From Bacteroidia bacterium (GTDB lineage: Bacteria; Bacteroidota; Bacteroidia; UKL13-3), in contig JBIIBC010000003.1 in NCBI GenBank assembly GCA_044239605.1, positions 50,056 to 114,055 on the forward strand: DNA of 64,000 bases, given 5' to 3'. The position numbers and the translations under genes are program-made. The notes under the pieces were generated by a model. The model made no database searches, was not told the DNA's origin, and was given only the letters and a program-made list of their open reading frames with translations. Positions 48,940 through 58,699 of this stretch are shown here, one piece after another; the first letter of the stretch is position 1; the number at the start of each line of letters is the position of its first letter.

Positions 48940-51330
48940 ATGCTAACACAAACTAAATACTCTAGTAAATTTTACCCCGATGCAGTTACAGAGGTAAAAA
49001 AAGAAGGTAATTTCTTTATTTTTATTACCAGCGAAACCATTTTAGAAGCAAGAGTAATGACCGATAAAATTATTCGTTTTAGGTATGCTGCTGATGGTTT
49101 TTTTCAGAAAGATTTTAGTTATGCTGTTAGTAAATATTTTGATGAAAAATTGGTAGAACTTCATTTTTATGAAGATGATGGATTTTATTATATCCAAACA
49201 CAATCAATTACCGCCAAAATAAGTAAGGAAAACATGAAAATTACCATGCTTGATAGGCAAAATAATATTATTAGTGAAGATGAAGCAGGTTTTCATTGGC
49301 AACATTATTTGGTAAAAGGTGGTAAAATAAATTATTGCAGCAAAAAAATTCAACCCGATGAGTACTTTTATGGAATGGGCGATAAGCCCACCGAAATGAA
49401 CTTACGTGGTAAATATTTTGAAAACTATGGTATGGATACTTATGGTTTTCAAAAAGACCAAGACCCATTGTATAAAAACATTCCATTTTTTATGGGTGTG
49501 CATAGCAAAGGCGAAATTGGATATGGTATATTTTATGATAATTCTTTCCGTACCATTTTTGATTTTGGTAAAAGTAATGCTGATACCTTAAGTTTTTATG
49601 CACGTGGTGGCGAAATGAATTACTATTTCATTTACGGACCCGATTTGTTAAAAGTAGTAGAACAATATGCAAGCCTTACAGGTACGCCTGAACTGCCGCC
49701 AATGTGGAGTTTAGGTTACCATCAATGTAAGTGGAGTTATTACCCCGAAAGTAAAGTACGTGAAATTACTTCAGAGTTCAGAAAACGAAAAATCCCATGC
49801 GATGCCATTTATTTAGACATTGATTACATGGAAGGTTTCCGTTGTTTTACTTGGAGCAAAGAGTATTTTCCTGATCCTAAAAAAATGATCAGCGAACTTT
49901 CGGCTGATGGTTTTAAAACGGTTGTAATTATTGACCCGGGAATAAAAATAGACAAAGATTATTGGGTTTGGCAAGAAGCTATTGCCAAAGATTATTTCTG
50001 TAAAAGAGCAGATGGCACTTTAATGGAAGGCGATGTTTGGCCGGGTAAATGCCATTTCCCTGATTTTACCAATCCTGAAGTGCGCGAATGGTGGAGTGGT
50101 TTATTCAAAGGTTTAATTGAAGCAGGAGTGCGCGGAGTTTGGAACGATATGAACGAACCTGCCGTTTTTGAAATTGGCACTTTCCCTGAGGATGTTCGCC
50201 ATGATTACGATGGAAATCCTTGTAGCCACCGAAAAGCGCATAATGTATATGGTATGCAAATGGCAAGAGCTACCCAAAAAGGTATTAAACGTTATTTACA
50301 ACCTTTACGTCCTTTTGTAATTACACGTTCAGGATACAGTGGTTTGCAACGTTATTCAAGTGTATGGACAGGTGATAATATAGCTACTTGGGAGCATTTA
50401 TGGATTGCTAGTCAACAATGCTTGCGATTAAATATTTCGGGTGTATCGTTTTGCGGAAGCGATGTAGGCGGATTTATAGGCGAACCTGATGGTGAATTGT
50501 ATACACGTTGGATTCAATTAGCAGCTTTCCATCCGTTTTTCAGAACACATAGCGCAGGTAACGAAACTAAATTTGACCAAGAACCTTGGAGTTTTGGAAC
50601 CAAATACGAATACATTGTAAAAAAATTCATTCACCTACGCTACCAATTATTGCCATATATGTACACTGCATTTTGGCAAAACAGTACGTTTGGAACCCCC
50701 ATATTACGTCCATTAGCATTTATTGACCAAACCGACACTGAGACACTTTTCCGTAACGATGAGTTTGCCGTTGGCGATCATATTTTGGTTTGTCCTGTAA
50801 TGCGTCCCGGAATTACCGAACGCACTGTTTATTTGCCAAGAGGACGTTGGTTCAATATTTGGAACGATCATGAATACAATGGAGGTAAGGAACATATGGT
50901 GGGTTGTCCGCTTGATAGAATGCCTGTATTTATTAAAGCAGGTGCAGTTATTCCACAATGGCCGAAACAACAATATGTAGGCGAGTTAGATGTTTTAGAA
51001 ACCACATTACATGTTTATTTCAATAAGGAAAAAGAGGTAATTAGTTACCTTTACGAAGATGCGGGCGACAATTATGGCTACCGCATGGGATTGTACAACC
51101 TACATAAATTCTATGTAAAAGGAAACAGTAAAAACTTAATCCTTTCTCATATTTTAGAAGGTGCTTTTGAAAGTAATAAAACGTTTAAAGTGGTTGTTCA
51201 TGGATTGCCATTTACTTGCACTGAGTTTGTAGTAGATGGAAAAAGCCATAAAGTAACTGAAAAGAACTTAGCAGTAGGTACAGTTAAGTTTAAAATAGAT
51301 AGAGATTTTAAACGAGTGATACTAAGGTAA
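48940..51330 (+). CDS. glycoside hydrolase family 31 alpha-glucosidase
   Basis: 796 aa. GH31 catalytic nucleophile motif VWNDMNEP and the acid/base region WTGDN. Confidence 0.85.
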   Translation: MLTQTKYSSKFYPDAVTEVKKEGNFFIFITSETILEARVMTDKIIRFRYAADGFFQKDFSYAVSKYFDEKLVELHFYEDDGFYYIQTQSITAKISKENMKITMLDRQNNIISEDEAGFHWQHYLVKGGKINYCSKKIQPDEYFYGMGDKPTEMNLRGKYFENYGMDTYGFQKDQDPLYKNIPFFMGVHSKGEIGYGIFYDNSFRTIFDFGKSNADTLSFYARGGEMNYYFIYGPDLLKVVEQYASLTGTPELPPMWSLGYHQCKWSYYPESKVREITSEFRKRKIPCDAIYLDIDYMEGFRCFTWSKEYFPDPKKMISELSADGFKTVVIIDPGIKIDKDYWVWQEAIAKDYFCKRADGTLMEGDVWPGKCHFPDFTNPEVREWWSGLFKGLIEAGVRGVWNDMNEPAVFEIGTFPEDVRHDYDGNPCSHRKAHNVYGMQMARATQKGIKRYLQPLRPFVITRSGYSGLQRYSSVWTGDNIATWEHLWIASQQCLRLNISGVSFCGSDVGGFIGEPDGELYTRWIQLAAFHPFFRTHSAGNETKFDQEPWSFGTKYEYIVKKFIHLRYQLLPYMYTAFWQNSTFGTPILRPLAFIDQTDTETLFRNDEFAVGDHILVCPVMRPGITERTVYLPRGRWFNIWNDHEYNGGKEHMVGCPLDRMPVFIKAGAVIPQWPKQQYVGELDVLETTLHVYFNKEKEVISYLYEDAGDNYGYRMGLYNLHKFYVKGNSKNLILSHILEGAFESNKTFKVVVHGLPFTCTEFVVDGKSHKVTEKNLAVGTVKFKIDRDFKRVILR

Positions 51331-51360
51331 ATTTCAACTATTCATATAAATATAATAGAA

Positions 51361-51397
51361 AATCCGTAGCAAGAATAAGTTGTTACGGATTTTTTTT
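51361..51397 (+). terminator. rho-independent terminator after the GH31 gene
   Basis: AATCCGTAGCAA-loop-TTGTTACGGATT followed by TTTTTTTT. Confidence 0.75.
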
Positions 51398-51502
51398 AAA
51401 AAATAACTCATGAAAATTTTATCTAAAACTCAGCAGATAAAACAAGCATTAAAAAACTTACATTTGAAAACTATTTTAAACCCATATTGTTTTTAGCATT
51501 AA

Positions 51503-53716
51503 ATGAAACACAACCACCAAATTGTTAGATTAATTGAAGAGTTTTCAAAAGCATCAAACCATGTTTTAGACCACGTAGAACTTCAAAAAGCAAAGGCAAG
51601 ATATCAACAAAGCTTGTCTAATAATTTTGATATGTTTTATGAACAATTAATCAATATTGGAACTTTTGCCAAATATGCCTTTGAAATTAGAACTGCTACT
51701 AAGGGTGAATTCGAGGCGTTTCTCACTAAAAATACATTTCCAATAATTTATTTTAAAAAATCGCATAAAGACATAACTCCAGTTTTACTCAAACATTTTC
51801 AAAATAAAAGTTACCAAACTATTTCTTTTGAAGATGATAATGAGCAACGTACGGATTATAAAACAATTCATGAAATTGCTAGTGAAGCCAAAACTATAAA
51901 CCAATTAGTTTTGGAAAACGAATACCAAAATGAAAATGGAGAAACATACAATATTTTATTTATAACTGGCTTTCATATAGGCTCAATATTAAATAAAGAA
52001 CATAAAAAAGGCATCACTCCTTTTCAAAGATTTGTAAGTTTATTAAAAGCAGAAAAGAGAGATATAAAATACATTTATTTCTTTGCCATATTAATTGCCA
52101 TTATTAATTTAGCTTTGCCACTTGGTGTACAAGCTATAGTTGGTTTAATATCGGGTGGTTTATTATTAGAATCGGTAATTATTTTAATTGCCTTAGTAAT
52201 TGCTGCCACAGGCCTATCAGGTTATTTACAAATTCAGCAATTAAAAATGGTTGAAATATTACAACAACGTGTATTTGCAAATGTTACTTTTGAATTTGCT
52301 TGGCGATTACCACGCATAAAAATAGAGAGTTTACTTAAACATTATACACCCGAAATGGTAAATCGTTTTTTTGATGTTTTAAACGTTCAAAAATCGTTAC
52401 CTAAAATATTGATTGATTTAACAGCAGCTTTAATTCAAATACTATTTGGCTTATTGTTACTTTCACTTTACCATCCAGTTTTTATAGGTTTTGGATTTTT
52501 TATTTTAATTATCATACTCATAATCTTTTACACCACTGGAAAAAAAGCGCTTGAAACTAGTATTTACGAATCGAAATATAAATATAAAGTAGCTTATTGG
52601 TTGCAAGAAATTGGCAGAAGTATAACTTCGTTTAAACTCGCAGGAAACTCTAATTTACCTATACAAAAAGCAGATAATTTATTAGCGGATTATTTGAAAT
52701 ATAGAAATAAACACTTTACCATTTTGGTAAAACAATATGCTGCCATTGTATCATTTAAAACATTAATTACTGCTTCATTATTAATTTTAGGTAGTTTTTT
52801 GGTGGTAAATAGGCAAATTAATTTAGGCCAATTTGTAGCTGCTGAATTAATCATTGTTTTAATTATTAATTCAGTTGAAAAATTGATTTCTACCTTAGAA
52901 GTGGCTTACGATTTGCTAACAGCCTTAGATAAAATTGGTCACGTGACCGATTTAGAAACTGAAAGTAATGCAGGCCGTGAGTTACACGATTTAGAAATAG
53001 AACAAAAACTACTTTTAAAAACCACTAACCTAAGTTTTAAATACCCAAATAGTAAAAAAAGTACATTAACCAATGTAAACTTTGAAATTGGCAAAGGCGA
53101 AAGAATTGCTATAACTGGTCACAACGACAGCGGGAAAACTACTTTTATTAAAACACTTTCAGGTTTATATTGCAATTTTGAAGGTTCATTTACTTTAAAT
53201 GGAGTTTCGTTGCGAGAACTTAATATAGATTCATTTAGAGGAATAGTAGGAGATAACTTATCGCAAGATGATGTGTTTGAAGGTACCATTGAAGAAAATA
53301 TTGTAATGGGTCGCACTGGAATTGTTTTTAAAGATGTTATGACTGCGGTTGAAAATTCATGTTTAACGGACTTTTTAGCGCAATTAGAAGATGGATTACA
53401 AAGCAATGTAAACCCAGGTGGAACAAATTTCCCTAAAAGTGTTATCCAAAAAATATTATTAGCGCGCAGTTTTGTACAAAAACCCAAGCTTTTAATAATA
53501 GACGACTTTTTTTATAATATGAACCAAAAAGAAAGTGACACTTTAGTAAACAATATTTTTGATAATAAAGACTGGGCAATTGTTATTGTTTCATCGCAAG
53601 TGGGTATTTTAAAAAAATGTGACCGTATCTATTTAATGAATAATGGCACTTTTACTCAAACCGATACATTCCAAAACTTGAGCCAAAACAATATGTTAAG
53701 CGCATTTATTAATTAA
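51503..53716 (+). CDS. ABC exporter (N-terminal ~170-aa cytosolic domain, 6-TM transmembrane domain, C-terminal nucleotide-binding domain) with a highly degenerate ATPase site
   Basis: 737 aa. NBD motifs in order: P-loop GHNDSGKTT (canonical GxxGxGKS/T has G where this has D), signature PGGTN in place of LSGGQ, Walker B LLIIDD followed by F (no catalytic Glu), D-loop YNMN in place of SALD, and H-loop IVIVSSQ with no His. The N-terminal domain has no C39 Cys/His motif. Confidence 0.7.
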   Translation: MKHNHQIVRLIEEFSKASNHVLDHVELQKAKARYQQSLSNNFDMFYEQLINIGTFAKYAFEIRTATKGEFEAFLTKNTFPIIYFKKSHKDITPVLLKHFQNKSYQTISFEDDNEQRTDYKTIHEIASEAKTINQLVLENEYQNENGETYNILFITGFHIGSILNKEHKKGITPFQRFVSLLKAEKRDIKYIYFFAILIAIINLALPLGVQAIVGLISGGLLLESVIILIALVIAATGLSGYLQIQQLKMVEILQQRVFANVTFEFAWRLPRIKIESLLKHYTPEMVNRFFDVLNVQKSLPKILIDLTAALIQILFGLLLLSLYHPVFIGFGFFILIIILIIFYTTGKKALETSIYESKYKYKVAYWLQEIGRSITSFKLAGNSNLPIQKADNLLADYLKYRNKHFTILVKQYAAIVSFKTLITASLLILGSFLVVNRQINLGQFVAAELIIVLIINSVEKLISTLEVAYDLLTALDKIGHVTDLETESNAGRELHDLEIEQKLLLKTTNLSFKYPNSKKSTLTNVNFEIGKGERIAITGHNDSGKTTFIKTLSGLYCNFEGSFTLNGVSLRELNIDSFRGIVGDNLSQDDVFEGTIEENIVMGRTGIVFKDVMTAVENSCLTDFLAQLEDGLQSNVNPGGTNFPKSVIQKILLARSFVQKPKLLIIDDFFYNMNQKESDTLVNNIFDNKDWAIVIVSSQVGILKKCDRIYLMNNGTFTQTDTFQNLSQNNMLSAFIN

Positions 53717-53743
53717 TATTCCACTCCAATTTAAATTAACAAA

Positions 53744-55114
53744 ATGGATCAAAATCCTTATAATAATACCCTGAACGAATTTAAAAACACGAACCTTTAT
53801 ACCGTTCAATTGGTAAACACACCTAAAAAGTTTAAAACCATTAGAAATTGGCTTATTGGTATTTTTTCATTGGTGTTTTTAAGTTTGTTTTTGCCTTGGC
53901 AACAAAACATAAATGGAAAAGGAAAAGTTGCTCCTTTTGCCCCAGAAGATAGACCACAGAATGTTCCATCCATTATTGGTGGGAGAATTGAAAAATGGAA
54001 AGTCGTGGAAGGTCAATTTGTAAAAAAAGGGGATACTTTAGTAATTATTAGTGAGGTAAAAGAAAAGTTTTTCGACCCTGAATTATTAGCTAGAACCCAA
54101 AAACAAATTGTTAATAAAGAAGATGGTTTAAAGGCAAAAAATAGGAAAATAATAGCTTTAGAAAAACAAATAGATGCGCTTAAAAACAGCGTATCCATTA
54201 AGCTTAAAATGGCTAAAAATAAAGTGCTTCAATCCCAGTTTTTTGTTAAGGGCGAAAAAGCAAATTTAGATGCTGCCAAAACCAACGAGGAACTATCAAG
54301 AAATCAATATGAACGTTTAAATGAACTATACAAAAAAGGACTTGCCTCATTAACTGAAATTCAAAACAGAAACAACAAAATGCAAGAAACAAAGTCTAAG
54401 TCGATTGAAGCACAAAACAAATACGACAAAGCTGAGAATGAATTGATAAACGCGAGGATTGATTTAAACTTTATTGAAGCTGAATATTTAGATAAAATTT
54501 CGAAAGCAGAAAGTATTTTAGAAGAAACAGCTGGAGAACTTTTTGAAAGCCAAGCCGAACTTATCAAATTAAGAATAGAATACAGCAATTTATTGTTAAG
54601 AAGTGGATTTTATGCCATTAAAGCTCCTCAAGATGGTTATTTGGTGCAAGTTTTAAAAGCTGGTATTGGCGAAACTATTAAGGAAAATGAGAACCTCGCT
54701 ACCATTGTTCCTGCTAATACGAAAACTGCCGTTGAAATGACGGTAAGAGCTTTGGATATGCCACTTTTATACAAAGGCTGTAAAGTTCGTATTCAGTTTG
54801 ATGGTTGGCCTGCTTTAGTTTTTAGTGGTTGGCCAAGCGGAAGCGTTGGAACTTTTGGAGGTGTAGTTCAAGCCATTGATAGGAATGCTGATGAAAAAGG
54901 TAATTTTAGAATTTTGGTAGTACAAGATCCTAACGATGTGCCTTGGCCTGAATTGATTCGTGCAGGTGGAGGTATTTATGGTTGGGCTATGCTTAATAGA
55001 GTGCCTGTTTGGTACGAATTATGGCGTCAGTTTAATGCTTTTCCTCCCGATTTTATGGAAGAAGCCAACCAAATGAAAAAAGATGCAGATACCAAAACCA
55101 AAAAGGATAAATAA
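53744..55114 (+). CDS. HlyD-family membrane fusion protein (periplasmic adaptor)
   Basis: 456 aa. N-terminal TM anchor, biotinyl/lipoyl-like hairpin (GDTLVIISEV), a long coiled coil and a C-terminal beta-barrel domain. Confidence 0.75.
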   Translation: MDQNPYNNTLNEFKNTNLYTVQLVNTPKKFKTIRNWLIGIFSLVFLSLFLPWQQNINGKGKVAPFAPEDRPQNVPSIIGGRIEKWKVVEGQFVKKGDTLVIISEVKEKFFDPELLARTQKQIVNKEDGLKAKNRKIIALEKQIDALKNSVSIKLKMAKNKVLQSQFFVKGEKANLDAAKTNEELSRNQYERLNELYKKGLASLTEIQNRNNKMQETKSKSIEAQNKYDKAENELINARIDLNFIEAEYLDKISKAESILEETAGELFESQAELIKLRIEYSNLLLRSGFYAIKAPQDGYLVQVLKAGIGETIKENENLATIVPANTKTAVEMTVRALDMPLLYKGCKVRIQFDGWPALVFSGWPSGSVGTFGGVVQAIDRNADEKGNFRILVVQDPNDVPWPELIRAGGGIYGWAMLNRVPVWYELWRQFNAFPPDFMEEANQMKKDADTKTKKDK

Positions 55115-55116
55115 TC

Positions 55117-56559
55117 ATGAAACTAAAATTGATTCCATTTGGGTTAATACTTTGCATTTGCAATTCAATATCAGCACAAGATTCATCTGTATTTTCATTC
55201 CAAGATTTTTTTTCACAGGTAGTCAATTATCATCCTGTTTCAAAACAAGCTAATTTATTAACACAAAGTGCCAAGGCTGAATTATTAGCAGCTCGCGGGG
55301 CTTTTGACCCCGTAATTAGTACCAATTATGAAAACAAAACTACCGATGGAAAAAATAGCTATACTTACTTTGAACCTCAAATAAAAATACCAACCTTAAT
55401 TGGGTTAGATGTAAAAGCAGGTTATGACCAAAGCGATGGAATAGCAGTAAATAACGACCGTATAAAAATTTTAGAAAATAATGGCCAATATTTACCTCAG
55501 TATGGCGAATATGGAATGCTTTATGCTGGAGTAAATGTGCCTATTTTACGTGGTTTACAAACAGATGGACGTAGGGCTGCATTGCGCCAAGCACAGTATT
55601 TACAAGGACTGAACGAGGCCGAACGTGTTAAAGTAATTAATAAATTGCTTTTAAGTGCAGCCAAAGATTATTGGGAATGGCAATTAGCCTACGAAAAACT
55701 TAAACTAATGCAGCTAAGTTATAATTTGGCCGAAAACCGATTTAACTTTATAAGCAGCCGCATAAAAGGTGGCGAAGACAAACCTATTGATAGTGTAGAA
55801 GCATTGATTGAACTAAAACGCAGAGAAACGCTTCTATTGGAAACAGACGTTGAATTTAAAAACGCCAGTTTAAGCATCAGTAATTATTTATGGAGCAATA
55901 AAAATGAACCTTTACAATTGAAAGCAACGGTTTATCCTTCGGCAATTGGAACTGAACTTAAAAAGATAAGTAGTGACTCATTGCAACGCATGGTAAACTA
56001 TACCGAAGGTAATCATCCAGAATTGATGAAATTGCAGTTTAAAAATAAGCAATTACAAATTGATAGAAAGTTGGCCATTGAAAATATAAAGCCTCAACTT
56101 AATATTGAATATTATCCTTTTCAAACTTACAGCAAAGGCACTCAAAACGATGTAAACAATATTTTTAATCGACAGTATAAGTTTGGTGCAAGTTTTTACA
56201 GCAGTTTGTTTTTACGTAAAGAAAGAGGAAAACTGCAACAAGCCAATTTAAAACTAAAAAATATTGATTTTGAAGCCCAATTAACCAAACGAGAATTGGT
56301 TAATGAGGTTTTTGCTAATTATAACAACTTACTCAACCTAGAGCAGCTTATAGGAATTCAAGAAGTTTTGGTTAAAAATGCTTTCACACTGCGCGATGCT
56401 GAACAAACTAGGTTTGAAAACGGTGAAAGTTCACTGTTTTTAGTGAACACTCGCGAACGCAGTTTAATTGATGCTCAAATAAAACAAGCTGAAATTAAAA
56501 GTAAATACGCAAAAGCTAAGGTTCAATTACAGTGGGCAAGTGGAATTAGACTTTTTTAA
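55117..56559 (+). CDS. TolC-family outer membrane efflux protein
   Basis: 480 aa. Signal peptide and a two-repeat TolC architecture. Confidence 0.75.
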   Translation: MKLKLIPFGLILCICNSISAQDSSVFSFQDFFSQVVNYHPVSKQANLLTQSAKAELLAARGAFDPVISTNYENKTTDGKNSYTYFEPQIKIPTLIGLDVKAGYDQSDGIAVNNDRIKILENNGQYLPQYGEYGMLYAGVNVPILRGLQTDGRRAALRQAQYLQGLNEAERVKVINKLLLSAAKDYWEWQLAYEKLKLMQLSYNLAENRFNFISSRIKGGEDKPIDSVEALIELKRRETLLLETDVEFKNASLSISNYLWSNKNEPLQLKATVYPSAIGTELKKISSDSLQRMVNYTEGNHPELMKLQFKNKQLQIDRKLAIENIKPQLNIEYYPFQTYSKGTQNDVNNIFNRQYKFGASFYSSLFLRKERGKLQQANLKLKNIDFEAQLTKRELVNEVFANYNNLLNLEQLIGIQEVLVKNAFTLRDAEQTRFENGESSLFLVNTRERSLIDAQIKQAEIKSKYAKAKVQLQWASGIRLF

Positions 56560-56586
56560 GAATATATTATTAAACGGAAATATCAT

Positions 56587-56619
56587 AAAAAAGGCTGCTT
56601 TAATCAAGCAGCCTTTTTT
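56587..56619. terminator. bidirectional intrinsic terminator
   Basis: AAGGCTGCTT-loop-AAGCAGCCTT flanked by A- and T-runs, between the convergent TolC-family and kup genes. Confidence 0.8.
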
Positions 56620-56623
56620 ATGA

Positions 56624-58588
56624 TTAGTAAATTCGTTTTAGCTTAAATTCTTTTAAAGGAGTAATCACCAATGGTACTTTTTCAATCAATACCGAACTAG
56701 TATCTAATCCAAATGCTTTGGCCTCCGATAAACTCAACCTATCAAGTGTAAAGTATACATCCATAATCCATTGCTCGTAAGCCGAAAGTTCGTTTTCGTT
56801 TGATAGATGACGTTGTAAAACTACAAATTTAAAATCTCCCGTAATGTTTTGTCCGCGTAAAGAAGCATAACGACTCGTAACATCTACCTCGCCATTTAAT
56901 ACTAATTCTTCAACTACTTTTCTAAAGTAATAGTTAATTTTTTGCTCTACTCTAAAGCCCAATTTAAACTCTACTTTTATAATATCGTTGGGCACTATAT
57001 GGTCAACTTTATACTGCATGGTATAAGGTTGATCATCTACATGAATATGTACAAACCAATAAATATCGGCACGTTTAGGCTGTTTTTGTAAAATAGAATA
57101 CATAATTTTTGATTCTATTTCGTTTTGTAAATCGGCACTTGTTAAGTAAACCAAATGTGTAGCAAATTTAGATACCGATTCGTCTTTACTTAATTGTTCT
57201 AAAATTGGAATATATGATTTTAACTGAACAAATTCAGTCAATCTATTTTTGATTTTGCGGCCTTTGTACCAAATCCACATAACAAAAATAAACACACTGC
57301 TTATAACTAAACTTACCCAACCACCATGTGTAAATTTCAATAAATTGGCAGCTAAAAACGAACCTTCAATAGCAACATAAATTAATAACAATAATGCAAT
57401 CAACCACTTATTTATTTTTATATGGCTAAGGTAATTAACCAATAATAAGGTTGTCATTAACATAGCAATGGTAATAGCCAAACCATAAGCAGCTTCCATA
57501 GCTCCTGCTTCTTTAAAATACAATACTATTCCAACACAGCCAGCCCATAAAATTAAATTTGCACTTGGTACATAAAGCTGACCTTTCATTTCGCTTGGAT
57601 ATTTTAAAGCAACTTTTGGCCAAACATTCAACCTAATGGCTTCTGAAATTAAAGTAAACGAACCACTGATTAATGCCTGACTTGCAATAATAGTAGCCAT
57701 GGTAGCTATGGCAATACCATATGGTAAAAACTCTGTTGACATGATGCTATAGAAAGGATTGATTGCCGCTTGCGCCAATGTTTCGCCCTCGTGGCTTAAT
57801 AAATTTGCACCTTGTCCAAAATAGTTTAATAATAAGGCTGATTTTACAAAAATCCAGCTAACTCTAATATTTGTTTTACCGCAATGTCCTAAGTCAGAAT
57901 ATAATGCCTCAGCTCCTGTTGTACATAAGAAAACTGCACCTAAAATCCAAAAACCTTCGTGGTAATTTACCAATAAATTATAAGCATAATATGGATTTAA
58001 GCAGTTTAACACATCTAAATGAGAACCAATTTTAGCAACACCTAAAACAGCTAACATACCGAACCACAAAAACATAATTGGCCCAAATGCTTTACCAACT
58101 ATAGATGTACCTACACGTTGAATTAAAAACAATAAACTAATAATAGCAATTACAATTGGCACAGTTGGAATTTCAGAGAAATTAATGGTATCTGATTTTA
58201 ACAATCGCAAACCTTCAATAGCTGATGAAACCGAAATAGGCGGTGTAATAACCCCATCGGCTAATAAAGCACAACCACCAATAATGGCAGGGAAAATTAA
58301 ATAGGGCCTGCGCCTACGAACCAAGGCATATAATGAAAAAATACCACCTTCACCGTTATTATCAGCATTCAGAGTAATCAATACATATTTTATGGTAGTT
58401 TGTAAGGTTAATGTCCAAACAATACAAGAAAGGCCTCCATAAATTAATTCTTTCGAAATGATTTTATCGCCTACTATGGCATTTAATACATAAAGTGGTG
58501 ATGTTCCAATATCCCCAAAAATAATTCCAAGTGTAACTAAAAGTCCAGCTACTGATAGCTTATTATGATTACTGTGATGCTCTCCCAC
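56624..58588 (-). CDS. kup: KUP/HAK/KT potassium uptake transporter
   Basis: 654 aa with 12 TM helices. Conserved N-terminal GDIGTSPLY motif. Confidence 0.85.
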   Translation of the reverse strand: MGEHHSNHNKLSVAGLLVTLGIIFGDIGTSPLYVLNAIVGDKIISKELIYGGLSCIVWTLTLQTTIKYVLITLNADNNGEGGIFSLYALVRRRRPYLIFPAIIGGCALLADGVITPPISVSSAIEGLRLLKSDTINFSEIPTVPIVIAIISLLFLIQRVGTSIVGKAFGPIMFLWFGMLAVLGVAKIGSHLDVLNCLNPYYAYNLLVNYHEGFWILGAVFLCTTGAEALYSDLGHCGKTNIRVSWIFVKSALLLNYFGQGANLLSHEGETLAQAAINPFYSIMSTEFLPYGIAIATMATIIASQALISGSFTLISEAIRLNVWPKVALKYPSEMKGQLYVPSANLILWAGCVGIVLYFKEAGAMEAAYGLAITIAMLMTTLLLVNYLSHIKINKWLIALLLLIYVAIEGSFLAANLLKFTHGGWVSLVISSVFIFVMWIWYKGRKIKNRLTEFVQLKSYIPILEQLSKDESVSKFATHLVYLTSADLQNEIESKIMYSILQKQPKRADIYWFVHIHVDDQPYTMQYKVDHIVPNDIIKVEFKLGFRVEQKINYYFRKVVEELVLNGEVDVTSRYASLRGQNITGDFKFVVLQRHLSNENELSAYEQWIMDVYFTLDRLSLSEAKAFGLDTSSVLIEKVPLVITPLKEFKLKRIY

Positions 58589-58699
58589 GTTTCTGTTTTT
58601 TTGAAATAAGGTTGCAAATGTATAGGTTCATTTATATTCCGCAAATTTTTTATTTAACTATTATTTAGGTGGGTATTAAATAATTAAAAAGAATACTTA

